Origin: Octopus bimaculoides
Taxonomy: Eukaryota
Length of the DNA: 64,000 nucleotides
Direction of reading: 5' to 3'
Assembly: GCF_001194135.2 (NCBI RefSeq)
Contig: NC_068984.1
Span: forward strand, 17,131,944 to 17,195,943
The position numbers were made by a program, and so were the translations under genes. Each line of letters opens with the position of its first letter. The stretch's first letter is position 1. The notes under the pieces are model-generated. The model was not told where the DNA came from. It ran no database searches and saw nothing but the letters and a program-made list of their open reading frames with translations. This document shows, piece by piece, positions 25,991 to 38,302 of this stretch.

Positions 25991-27754
25991 AGCAAGTAGT
26001 GTTTAATATTTAATACTTAAAAATAATTGGTGCTATTAATGTGGGGGGGGGGGTCGGTGTTTGCAAAATTTATGAATATATAACACAATGCTGATTAATA
26101 TCTAATAATTAATACTGAGAAAGGTTAAACTTAATTCTGCATTAGACTATCTCATGGATTTGTGATTGTTTCACTTTATTTCTCAGTTTGGTTCTGGTAT
26201 TTATAACTTCCTTCTCTAAAGGAACATTTTGTTTCTTTTATATAGTTTGTCATAGGTACAAAATATTTTGTTCTGTCCACCCCTACACCTAAATGAAATT
26301 CTGCCAGGATTGAGTTTTGTCATCTCTACTAGTAATACACTAAAGTTCACTAATCCAGCGAAATCACAGTTAAAAAAGAAGCTAACCAAATCTTCCACAA
26401 AGCTAATATATCAAATCAATGGATATCTATTCAATGTAGTTCAAATCTGATACAAACCGCAACATTCAGGGCCTATAAAAGTTATTCAACCATACGAAGT
26501 ACTAGATGTTTAAAAAAAAATGAAAAGACAGAATTTATCTGCAATTTATGTCCCATTTTAAACCGTGTAAATAATGAAAGAAAACCACGGATCAGGACGA
26601 TTTAAAAAGAACACTTTCAACTATCAATGCCTTTTCTAATCTTTTTTTTTACATTATTTTTTTCTTTTCTTAACGGAACAGTGTCGTCAGAAATTTATGG
26701 CTTTCATCTTATTTATTATGGCCATGTAGTTGCCTTTCCAAAATTAGATACCTCGAGATTGCAGCCGACAATGTTTACTAATAAAATATGGGGAAATGGT
26801 CCCATTTAATGTTCTAAGTTTCCGTTAAGAAATTATATTTTTGCAACAAAATGTGGATTGGCAGATGTTGAAAAAAAAACAAAACAAGAGGTCAAACTAA
26901 TTTGATAGGTCAGAAGATATCAGAACGTAAACAACCAAATCAAAGCCATTGCATGTTTGAGACTAAGCCATTTGACAAACTAATAAGCGTAACTGACATA
27001 TCTTAATACTCAATGACCCATATAAGCAATCAAGTTTACTATTATATCATTTGGCCTTCTCTTATGACATTTTGCGATTACTGAACGTAGAATTTTCGAT
27101 TATAATTTCAATTCAACATATTCCAAACGTTCTAAGGGCGAAATCGAAACCTCATCCGTAAAATTCAAAGGATAACCGTAGAAACTATTTTATGTCTTTG
27201 AGACCAATTTCCTCCATTTGTTTTTAAACTGCAAAGGGTTAATAAACAAGGGCGATAAACATTTTTAATGGATGGAGTCACGTCCCTTCTTAACTATTAC
27301 TAACGCCCAGCCAGCAAGCCAAGCCTGCCTGCTGACATCATAGAAACTTAGTCAGCCCAAACCTGATGACATTACAAGATACAATCATAAGGAAAATCTA
27401 TACTGCAGCAATTACTTCATTTACGTTAACAATACACAAATATTGAAAACTGGTTACTCATTAGAAGCGACTGGACAAGAGACACTGGGTGGAGTCCAGT
27501 GACAAGAGCCGAAGTTAAATTACAGAAATCCAGGAAATAGATTATCAAAGTATCGTGTTACTAATTAAATTGTTAATGACCCTTGCCATAATCAAGTTGT
27601 TACGAAGCATTCTTCAGAGAAATTCGACATAATAATAATAAAAGTAATTTTCAGAATCAATACAGATATCTTACAGCAAACATATATCTAAATACGAAGT
27701 TGGACTTAATATAACACGTTTTATACACAAAACGTGCGTCTCAAAGCTAGTGAC

Positions 27755-27910
27755 ACCTGTCCAATGGACTCACCTATTGGCCAACAAAGGTAGCAGGTCG
27801 GGACTTGAAGAAGAAATTATTATAGCACCACGTGCATTTTGTTTATAGTAATAATTATTTTTATCTAAGGATAAGGTTATAGTTCTGAGAATGACGTAAA
27901 CAGAGTCGGT
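27755..27910. promoter_or_regulatory. Second promoter-like motif cluster
   Basis: CCAAT 27761-65, ATTGG 27776-80, CCACGTG E-box 27828-34, TGACGT 27892-97 overlapping GTAAACA 27896-902; CpG-retaining context; GTAAGT donors follow at 28363, 28461 and 28858. Confidence 0.4.
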
Positions 27911-29970
27911 AATATTTTACTGGTATATAATTTTCACTTCAAAAGGGCGAAAAACAAAATTAACCGACAAGATTTGGAGCGAAAACAGCAAATTTGGGAT
28001 ATAATCAAGCATCCAGTTCGGTGATATCCACTGGCCTATAATAATAATAATAATAATACAGGCACAAGGCAATACATTTTGAGAAGAGTGCGGGTATGAT
28101 AATAATAATAATAATAATAATACAATCTTGTTTGAAAAGTAAACGGCTTTGTAACAAAACAATTAAAAGTTGTTGCCAAATGAAATAAAACAGTTATGTA
28201 TTAATATTTCAATTTTCGATATTATGATTCCCAGCAAACAAATGGCCGATGCATGTACAGAAACAGATTAAAAAAAAAACAAAGAATTTAATTACATTGT
28301 CAAAACTGATTAGTTTATTAAGCGCTATGTAGGACTGACTGTTTTTGTTTTTGTCCGGACTTGTAAGTAATAAGTTAAAAGACCTCAGTCTATCTGTTGA
28401 GACAATTCTATTAATCAGCGTGGTCTAAGTCAGCAACTCACGTTCTATTTCTCGAAATGAGTAAGTAAAAAATAAAAAAATAAAAACTTATCCTGACATT
28501 TCGAGGTTTTCTAAAAAGGTTATCTGGATTGTAGACCCTGTTACAAAATCTGATGCTGTAGATAGGGTAAACTCTACCCGATTCACATACCCTCCACTAT
28601 CAATGCTTTTTTTCTAATTTTTTATTACTTTTTTTTATTAACAAGACAGTATCGCTAGAAACTTATGGTTTCTGTCTAACATGAGCAAAATAATTCGTTT
28701 ACTTATTTATTATTTTTTAATGGCCATGTAGAGTCACTGTCGTTTGCACCTTTCCAAAAATAGATGGATCGAGACTGCAGCCGGCAGTGTTTACTAATGA
28801 ATGTCATTTAATAATAGTAATGAGGATGACGATGATGATGATGATAAAATGTCACTGGTAAGTTGGTGATGATAGTGACCATTGTTGGCGGCGAGGTATA
28901 TTATGAGGTTAATGATCGGATCAAGAAGATATGATATTGTGGCATATTTATGTTATTAAACTGAAGCAAACCTCGGAAAGTCATGATTCAACAGTTGAAC
29001 CGAACTATATACACAAACGTGAGAAGTTATCATGGAAGACATGAATTATTATCTCGGGTTTAGGACAGACACTTGTTATAAATAAATAAATAAGTAAATA
29101 ACAACAATGATGATTTCTAACAAAGACAGAAAATAATAGAACTTCTTTTGACAAGACAGAAGGCCATAGTGCAGAGAGGTAGTCAGTAGATGTATCATTT
29201 TATATGACTGGTACTTATTTTGTTGCCCTCTGGCGAATGAAATAATAGAAACTATCAACAAAATTAAAGTTATGTACATAGAGGAGAAGAAAAACACACA
29301 CCACCTCACATTGGAGAGAGTGGGGAAAAGTTTTGACTAATAGTTAATTTACAATTTTGTTTTTAAAAATGGTTATTTTGTAGACTTCCTTTTCAATTGA
29401 CACCTAAAAGGGGGAATTAATCGAATTAACGAAAAGCACCGAAATTCAATGGGAAATAGACAAATGTTATCTTGTATATTTGCGTGAATGTATCAGGACA
29501 CACGAGGAATGCAGTTTTGGTAGGAAATGTGTAGAAAACTGTACAACATATACAAAGTAGCCATCATAAGTGATCACAACATGGCCAATATTACAATCTC
29601 GTAGACAACACAAGACATACATGAGTGCAACATATACAATCGTACGAAGCATTTACAGACATACATACACACATTATATATATGTGTGTGTATATATAAA
29701 CGTATATCTGATTGTAAATCTTAAATCTACCATAGCATACACATGCGTGAGTGTGTGTATGTCAGTGTAGTGTGTAATGTATATTTTAAAAATGAAATAA
29801 AAATAGACTTGGTGTGTGTGTGTATGTGAGTGGAGGGAAAAAGAAATGAGAGGTATGATAACGAGAATGGGAGGATGGGTGGGCAGAAAACCCATATAGA
29901 TATATAGATATAGATATATACACACATACAAACAAACAAAAATATAATTCATGTGATTGTTGTAACTCAC

Positions 29971-30077
29971 CTTTTGCAGGGAAGCAGTGAACAGGTTTTG
30001 CCACTTGGATACGTTGGCTTCGCAGGTGTAATCATAGGTCAATCTCTCGTTAGCTGCACTGGACGTGGAAAACATCA
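29971..30077 (-). other. Putative exon of the same minus-strand transcript; ATG at 30075 opens MFSTSSAANERLTYDYTCEANVSKWQNLFTASLQK| (phase 0)
   Basis: Long polypyrimidine tract then AAACAG| acceptor; consensus donor AAG|GTGAGT. Confidence 0.5.
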
Positions 30078-30179
30078 CTGTTTGTTGCGATTATTTGGTG
30101 GAGGGGTGGACGAGAGAGCAGAGAAGAAAAAAAAACAAATATCACGTTTTGAAAGGTGAGGGGAGTGGGGGGAGAGAGA

Positions 30180-30960
30180 TGACTGGTAGTTCAATGCTTA
30201 TTATGATGATGATGATGATTACTATTACTACTACTATTATTATGATTGTTATTAATTTTCCTTTCTTTTTTCTCCCTCCTCCAACTCCAAAACTAAAATA
30301 TCCTTATTTTTGTCTCTCTTTTTCCTTCGTTTTTGCTGTTGCTCGCTGGTGTTGTTGTCGTCCGTCCGTCCAGTTACTGAATATTTTTTTTTTTGTTTTT
30401 TTGTTTTCCCCCCAAAGGCTACTATCGCCTTTAGTTGACGGCTGCAGCAGCAGTAGTAGTAGTGGTGCTATCACTACTACTGCTACTACTACAACTACTA
30501 CTACTACTGCTCCTGCTGGCTTCACAGATGCAATGATGGTGTAATGCAGCAGTAGTATTGCTGGATATTATTACTATGACACGGACCAGACCAGACGTGG
30601 TGGTAGTAGTGCCAATGCAAGTAGTAGTGGTGGTAGTAGGTGTAACAACGGTGGTAGTCGCAGTAGTAGTGGTGTTAGTAATAGTAATATTGCAAGACGT
30701 AGTGATGATGATGGTGGTGGTGGTGGTGGTCTTTTACAATAGTTTTTTTTTCCCTATCCCACAACCACTACTACAACTCCTTACGACGTAGTAGCAAAAA
30801 ATAGGGGTGCGGTTAGAGTAGACGTTACCACCAGAGTAGTAACAAAATAGTGGTGGTAGCAGTAAACACTGGAGGTATTCTAAACGGACCTTAACGACTG
30901 GTGCATGCTTCTTCGTCTCACCTCTTCCTACTTCTATTACTACTGCTACCCCCTCTACAA
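30180..30960. repeat. Patchwork of trinucleotide microsatellites (GAT, TAC, TAG, GTG)
   Basis: Directly visible; produces low-complexity ORFs. Confidence 0.85.
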
Positions 30961-31115
30961 CCTATACTAATACTTCACCTCCTTTTTGTACCCCCCTCCC
31001 CTTTTGTTGCTTTAATTTAATCTTTTTTTATTGTAGTTTTCTTGCTTTTCTCGTTATCACCGTTTGTCTTTTTTTTGTTTTGTTTTGTTTTTGTTATGTA
31101 TTTTTCTAATCTCAC

Positions 31116-31430
31116 CTCACACGTTCCTACTGTGTCGCTTCGTCTCAACAGCTTCACGACACACGAACTTGTGATCTTCCTCCGTCTGTCCAGCAACAAA
31201 TACAATTGACTTTCTTTTTATCATCCCCTGAAAGACCTAGAATTTTCACTTTTAATTGTTGTTCTTCACGTTGCTGTTGTTGACGATATGATGACAGTTG
31301 TTTGCAGGATTCCAGTGGAGATTTTGATTCCGATTGAATTTGTTTTTCTTCTAATTGAGGTGTCATGTACACTACTAGAGCCATCATCATCTCCAATAAC
31401 ACAACACATAAATAGATCGATGCAAACAAA
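31116..31430 (-). other. 3' part of a putative 5' exon of an unidentified minus-strand transcript, containing a 78-aa uORF (31390-31154)
   Basis: Donor GAG|gtgaga at 31116/31115, with a second identical donor at 30922/30921. ORF MMMALVVYMTPQLEEK...RSQVRVS* stops before the donor. True exon start unknown. Confidence 0.4.
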
Positions 31431-32399
31431 TAATATAGATGCTTACAACTATTTATTATTATTATGCTTTTCTAATTCCGTAAATATTAGTTCAATGTCA
31501 TTTAACTAGAGTTTTACTTTAAACCCTTTACTAATTAATATCATCAGAGAAAAGTATACTTTACTAATGACATAAATACATAGTTTGCATGCATATATTT
31601 ACACACATATCTAGTCTAGATAGCATTTATAATGTTAAGTTATGCCGATATAACAAATATTACTTGCATATATATATTTCTTTTTTTTCGTTTATGTTAT
31701 TTTGTAATAATGAGACTAACAACTAAACAAACTAGTAGATTGCTACAACATAGGAGACTGATGTTTTTAACAGTCACAATAAAATAAATAATGTGAAAGA
31801 AACTAGTAGAGAGGTGGAGTAAACGACTGGAAAGAGGACAGCAATATGATTCTGAGAAACACAAGTAAAGACATACATAGAACCAAGTTATGTGCATTTA
31901 TAATCTGTACATGCATATACATACTTTCAATGTGTATTGTACAGCAGACAACTCTTCTGTTGTGTTGAGGTCTTTGAGGACTGATGATACATGCATGCAT
32001 GTAGGTTTTGAAAATAGATCAGGCATTAAAAAGAAAAACTAGTTTGTTGACGTTTTGTTTCCCCCGTCAAGGGAAAAGAAGAAGAAAAAGACTAGATTGG
32101 AAGTGTGTGCCCTTATTGTCTCATTGCAATACATAAAGTAAATGGTAACAGATTAGTGTGGAAGGGCGAGGCGGGGAATAAATGGTGGGTGCAGTGGTGA
32201 TAGTAACAGTAGAAGAAAATATCGAGGGAGGGAGGTAGAGTAGGAGTAGAGTTAATAAGAGAGAGATAAAGAAGGAGAGGGGGAGTAGTGAGGGCAAGTA
32301 CAGTGCGAGGCCTCTTCGCCGTCGCCAACGTCGATGGAGAGAAAATACTGTTTTACGCCTCGCTTAGTCCCAAGTATTCCTCGTCAGTTTTGTTACTTG

Positions 32400-33050
32400 T
32401 ATACTTATCCAATGGCAATTAACGGTTAGGTTCCTTATTTAGAATTGTCTGTTTTGTTACTTTCTTCTTATTTTTTTTCTTTTTATTATTTTTACTTTGT
32501 CTCCATTGTGGTGGTGGTGTTTATTTACTCTCTCTTCTTTAGACTGAACAAAATAAATGGCCAGGATGTTTACAGCAGGGGAGAAGAAGGGAAGAAAAAA
32601 AAAAGATTCGTATACTTCTTTGAGCACCAACGATTCTCACTTCGTACAACGTGCGTGTGGAGTGGAGGTGTGTATTATATTATGTATGTGTGCGCGCGCG
32701 CGCGTGAACCCTTTGTGTCATTCTATCAGTGTTAGTTCCTTTCTCGTCGCTCACTTGTGCCCCTCTTTATCTATTATTAGCGGCGATAGTCATAGAGGTG
32801 CTAACCCTTCTCGTCTACTGCCACCGTCGTCTTCCTAACACTACACGAGAAGAAACGTCTCGGAACATTGGACGCATGCGTAGTTGCCGCATGGTTCTTG
32901 TATAAAAGTTTAGTCGTTCTTCTTGGCCACTTGCCAAGTAGTAGAGAGGGGGAAAATAATAATAATAATAATAATAAAAAGCAGGTCCATTAACGGGGTG
33001 GGCGAAGTCACACATATTTACACAGACAAACCGCCATCTATGTTCACAAC
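32400..33050. promoter_or_regulatory. Putative bidirectional promoter
   Basis: CpG-rich. CCAAT at 32409, ATTGG at ~32866, palindrome ACGCATGCGT (NRF1-like), TATAAAAG at 32901-08 with Inr-like CCACTT whose A lies at 32929, GGGTGGGCG at ~32996, YY1-like CCGCCATCT at ~33031, (CG)n run at 32689-32706. Confidence 0.5.
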
Positions 33051-33053
33051 TGA

Positions 33054-33630
33054 AGAACCTCTACGCGGTCGTTTAATCTGCTAGAAATAGCAGTTGAATC
33101 TTTCTGCTGTCTTAAAAAAAAAAGGAAGGACACACTGAATAATGTAATCCTAGATATAAAAAAAGATACATAATGGTCATGGCTGGAGTACGTTTGATCA
33201 TGAATCTGCTCGATCGGAACTAAACAATCAAGAGCGTCTTCGCGGTCGATTGACCTGTCAAAAATAGCTACCAAATCTCCTTCTTGTCACTCATGACAGT
33301 CTTATATAAAGTCGGGACACATTAGATATTGTAAACCTACATGATAAAAAGCTGTCGTGCTGGTCGTAAATGGAATGTTTTTGATCATCGATCTGCTCTG
33401 TTAAGGTTAACCTGGGGTTTAAAATAGACAATTAAGAAGTCTATACGGTCATTCAACCTGCTACAAATAACAGTCAAATTCTTTCAAATCTCATTCTACC
33501 ATTATAGAAGAGGAAGGATATATTAGATATTGTGTAGACCAAGAAATAAAAGCGATGGAATGGTCACGGCTGGAATGCCTTTGACCAAAGATCTGCTCGA
33601 TCGGAACTGACCTGGATGTAAACAACTAAA
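33054..33630 (+). repeat. Three head-to-tail ~200-bp units of an old SINE-like repeat, with an inverted copy at ~33820-34010
   Basis: Units start aaga..c...cggtc at ~33054, 33229 and 33434, and end ggtcacggctggaatg...gatctgctcgatcggaact...aaacaa; CpG-decayed relatives at ~9060, 23340, 41600 and 43920. Confidence 0.65.
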
Positions 33631-34153
33631 TCACACAGTACAGAAGTGTGAAAGACTGAATTCGTTTGTCGACTGACTTCTCGAAGAGTCGTTCGTAGCT
33701 TGTTGATTTAATGAATGTTTATAGTATTGGAATTGAAAATTAAACCTCTGCATACCGATGAAGTTACTGGCTCAGGTCCTATGAGTAAGAATATAGGGGC
33801 TGAAAAAGAGAGATTATCTTAAATAAGGACATTTTAAAATCGTTGTTTTAACAACAAATTCTGATTGAGTAAACTTATATCTGAAACATTCCGGCCGTGA
33901 CCATTCCGACTGTGTTGTCCGATGTGTTCGTTTTTGATTATAGTGTGTGATTTCAGAGAGATGCGATTGCTATTTGTAGCAGGTCAGCGATCTCGTACAT
34001 GCTCCTGTATTTGTGGGTGAAAATTACAAATTATCTTCTGCTAATTACGAATTACAATAAGCATAAACAAAAGTGACATAATGAAAATGCATTTTAAAAA
34101 GTAGAAATAAAAACAAAACAAAAATAAATATCTGGTTTATTTCTTTGCTTCAG

Positions 34154-34314
34154 GTGTAAAAATAATTTTCCTCTTGGAGTTATCGTTTGAAATTGTTGCA
34201 ATGGGTGATATGATTAAATTATGGTAAAATTGTAAACGAAATGAAATGTTTATGTCGAGGGACACCATTAGAGAAGGGAGATAATTCTGAAGACATTTGA
34301 AAACGGCTCTATCC
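34154..34314 (+). other. Possible plus-strand non-coding exon
   Basis: Acceptor tttatttctttgcttcag| and donor CCT|gtaaga; all three frames contain stops. Confidence 0.25.
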
Positions 34315-35520
34315 TGTAAGATTACCTCTGTATGTGTAATGTGGGCACGCCCGTAAATACAATTGCATTTTCTTTGTGACCTATTGAAGCATATCGCATA
34401 CATAAAATATGTTTTGCTAAACCATGCACATTTATGTGTATTTAGCTTGCAGTGATGCATTCTTTTATTTCTGCATTGAATATTTTGCAGATGGCGTTTA
34501 TTTGCTTCATCAATCATTTCTGTGTAAAAGCTATGCAATAGCAAAATTATTTATGCAATAATAAAAACAGAAATAGATGTCTGCCGTCGTTTCCAAATTA
34601 TTAAGCAATAAATTTATTTTGAGATATTTACTGGAATAAGTGAAGCTAAAGAAAAGAAAGAAATGGAGTGGAGGGGAAATTTTACCAGTTCATAGTAAGC
34701 AAATCTCTCAACGCTCCAGCTTATAACTGATTTGAAATGGGAAGATTTACTTAAAAATATATAATTATATATTTTTGGTTTCAATTTTCATGTCTTAAAA
34801 TTAATATCTGCAGAGAGAAGGAAATAATTTTCAGAGTATTAAGTATGTATGGCAAAGAAAATATATATTTACAATTTGTTGAAAAGATTCTAAAGAAACA
34901 AAAAGAATTAACAAAAATATCAAAGAAACAAATATTGGTATCTTAACGACTCACACTAAAGAGTCATTTTATTTATTTACTTTTTATTGCTTGAAAGAAA
35001 AAATAATTTTCTATAATTAATACAATCTACACTTGCGATTCTTACAATGATGGAAATTTTCCCTGGAGCAGGGGTGGATATTTCATGATTCGGGGAGAAA
35101 TTTCAGGATACCAAGGAAATTGGTTTTAGGCTGAAAGCATGATGAGAATGATAGAGTAGAAACAAAATGGTTGAGAAACAGAACAGTTGGGAGATATTGG
35201 ACAAGAAACTCATTCGTTGTGTTTAATTCTACTTTTGACTTTCTGGTACACTTAATTCTATAAACCTCTGTTCCACTAACAGAAATTAGATATCAAATTA
35301 TCAACCTCTCATAGACTAGTGTCCTATCCATGTGCAATTTGTCTCTTATCCACTTAATACCATGCAAACAGAGCAGAGAACTAGCCCATTATAACTGGGC
35401 AGCTTTTTATATTGCATTCTTATTAGAGTTAGGTGGTAAAAGAGATTTTAATAATCACTGCCTCTTTTGAAAATTTACTCAGATGACATTACATTTCCAT
35501 CCTACCACTATTATCTAAAT

Positions 35521-35630
35521 TAGTAGTTCTCAGTGGGGGTCCATATAAGATTTTGTTAACATTTATGTGCAATAAATTGCTTATTCTCTACAATAAGCAA
35601 AATATTAAAAATTTTTTATACAATTCCTGG
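35521..35630. mobile_element. Truncated fragment of the same hAT MITE family
   Basis: Aligns by eye with 3321-3440 (taagatttt...gtgcaataaattg...caaaatattaaaaa...tatacaattcct). Confidence 0.5.
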
Positions 35631-35934
35631 CTAGTCTCACCCAATAATAACAATAGCAACAACAACAATAATCATAATAATTTTGAATGTTGGCACAGGG
35701 CCAGCACTTTGGGGGAGTGGTAAATTGATTACATTGACCTCAGTGCTCAACTGGTACTTATTTTATCAACCCCAATAGGATGAAAGGCAAAGTTGATCTC
35801 AGCAGCATTTGAACTCAGAACATAAAGACAGTTGAATACTGCAAAGCATTTTGCCTGGTGTGCTAACAATTCTGCCAGCTTGCTGCCTTATAATAACAAC
35901 AACAACAATAAAAATAATAGTGATAATAATAATG

Positions 35935-36510
35935 ATGCAGTACCAGGCAGTGGCTCTCATGGCTTCTGATCTTAATTGATTGGAAGTGTTATCATGTACA
36001 TTGTTTAGTCTTGGTATAAAAAGATGGGCTACAGCAAATATTCTGCTTAATACCACAGATTTGCTTGTCAGTTGTTTGACCGTAACCAGTTGAGCATGTC
36101 CCTTGGTGGCTGACGATATGTGCATCTCTGATCATGAGCAGAAGTAGTGGGGGAGCATCACTGCCATGTGTTTAGAAGAATTCTTTGGGGTTTGAATAAT
36201 TCACCTTTGTAAACATGGGTGTTTTGCTCAACATCCTGAAACAAACCTTATTCAGGGACCTTTAGAGCAGGATGGACTACTCGACCTGAAGAAAATTCTA
36301 ACTGGGCTCCACCTGCAAGGTCATGCACTGTTTATCTTGATATGAGATCACCATGTCGCGCACATATGGTTGTGATGCATTTGCCTGGTGTACCCTTATC
36401 AGATGGGTAGTCGTGATGGGTATAATGGGCTTCGTATATTTTACCCCAGTGTCACTTTGATGGCATGCACTGCTCTCTCACTCAATAATAATAATAATTA
36501 TAATAATAAT
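35935..36510 (+). mobile_element. Non-LTR retroelement 3' fragment ending in (AAT)n, inserted in an AAT tract
   Basis: GC-richer block bounded by (AAT)n on both sides. Single copy in the window, so the family is not confirmed. Confidence 0.4.
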
Positions 36511-36960
36511 AGTGGACTCTGGTATATGGTACTGAAGGACTAAATGTTAAACTGGGGCATTACTAGCAAAAAAACACCTGTAGCTGTTTCACAATTAATA
36601 AAACCAAATCAACTTAAGTTTCTATGGAATTTACAGTCCCCTCCCAATAGTAAGCATAGATCATCTGTGAGCTATTAACTTGCAAAAGGTTAATTATCAA
36701 AGTACTGATCTTTAAGAGCATCCAATTATGGATGTCACTGTTATGATGTTACAATCTCAATAAAAGATAAATGAAAATAATTAGCTTATTGTATACAGTG
36801 ATCAGATGCATTGCAATCCATTGGGAAATAGTAAAAAAGGAGACAGAATGTAATAATGAGTCAAATAAAGAAAGATGGCAGTGATAGGCAAAGGTGCATG
36901 CATAGACCATGTTTGTATGATAAAACACAAGAAGTCAGAATGGATGCATAAGTGACCAGA

Positions 36961-38302
36961 TACAAAATGCATTCTGCAAATTTTTAGACTTTTTCAAGAG
37001 AGACATTTATTAATTTCAAAGAAGTACAAAACTCCTGTAGTGACGCCTAATACCAATCACCATTTTGGAGAGTTCGTCCACGCATGTGCAGGAACATGTC
37101 TTCTGGAAGGTATGCAGGAAGTCCCTCATGCACATACGTGGTCATCCTATATCCAAGCATTCCCGCCTTTTCTCTACCTCTTAGCGCTGCACATTCGAGG
37201 ACACCACACGTCACTAAGAGCCGCTCCGTCAACTCTACCTTGAGTCAACACAGTCTACCACGGAGACAGTGAAGAATGACTTAACCATCCAGCAACTATA
37301 CCGACGCCGTTTTCACACTAACCATAAAGGGCGACCTGGAAAAGCCGTTACCCCGAGATGTAAGGCTGAGCAACCGTAATAAATATATGTTATGCTGTTA
37401 TTCAATTCATTCAGCGTTTTTGTTTCTTTATTAAAGAAAATTGATTGTACGGGATAGGGTTACCCAAGGATGGTCGCCCTATCACCTACACTCTAATCTC
37501 ATTCAAAGTAGGATGTTCTGACTTCAAAGTACTTGCTGTAGTGCTGCAGCCATTTTGTGAAGACCTCATGGAAGTCCCCCCAAAGTGAAGGTGTCTAAGA
37601 CCCTTGTCACAGCCTCTTTCATCTTCAAAACAACTATTCCTGAGATTCTCCTTCAACTTGGGAAACAATAAAAAATCATAGGGAGCAATATCTGGACTGT
37701 AAGGAGGGTGAAGGATAGTTTTAATGCTCATCTCTGTCAAGCAGTTGGTTACCAGGATGCCTGTCATTGAGCACCCTAAAAAGAAACTTTGCACACATTT
37801 AGTACATGTTCAGATCTTTATGACTAATTCTGTGTACAGTTGCCACACCAACTCCAAACTGTGTGCTTATTGTTTTTATAGACACACAACAGTCTTCATC
37901 CAGAAAATTACAAATTCTCTCAACCAGTTCCAGTGTCCTGACATCCCTCTCCCTCCCACATCTCTCACCATCTTCTACCTATTTTCTGCTGCCCTTGAAC
38001 TTCTTGTGCCTGCGAAAAAGTTAACCCATAAGCAGTCTGAAGCGTTTCATAAGCTTCTATGGTGTTTTTGCCCAGTTTAGTACAAGCTTTCAAATTGTCT
38101 TCATGTCCTGATTGCATTCTCCAAATTAGTCTGCTCTGCATTCAAAGTGACATTACAGCCATCTCCTTCAATCTGGAATGATAAAAATTTGGCAGGTCAG
38201 CTTATTAGATGTATAGAAATGATATATTAAAATTGCAATAATCTAGGACAGTTATAACTGTCGCTCATAAAGAGTCTGAAAACTTCTGGAATGCACTGCA
38301 TA
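36961..38302 (-). mobile_element. Internally deleted mariner transposon interrupted by a solo LTR
   Basis: Transposase remnants KLGKNTIEAYETLQTAYG, RICNFLDEDCCVSIKTISTQFGVGVATVHRISHKDLNMY*MCAKF and HPPYSPDIAPYDFLLFPKLKE (YSPDLAP motif). Degenerate TIRs with TA at 36961 and 38301-02; right TIR tandemly duplicated near 38340-38372. Confidence 0.8.
37036..37490 (+). mobile_element. Solo LTR (455 bp)
   Basis: Termini TGTAGTGA...TCACCTACA; 4-bp TSD CTCC/CTCT (1 mismatch); AATAAA near 37378; GC/CpG-rich relative to flanks. Removing it restores contiguous mariner sequence. Confidence 0.7.

Noticed and set aside
30065-30791. Poly-T/S/V/G ORFs on both strands
   Set aside because: Trinucleotide repeats with nearby in-frame stops and no splice or domain support.
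31140-31200. uORF ending TCG-TGA-A, reminiscent of the antizyme +1 frameshift site
   Set aside because: The +1 frame stops after 12 codons, before the donor; no antizyme motifs.
34137-34544. 135-aa minus-strand ORF
   Set aside because: TTG start, no recognisable motif, AT-rich composition; likely chance.
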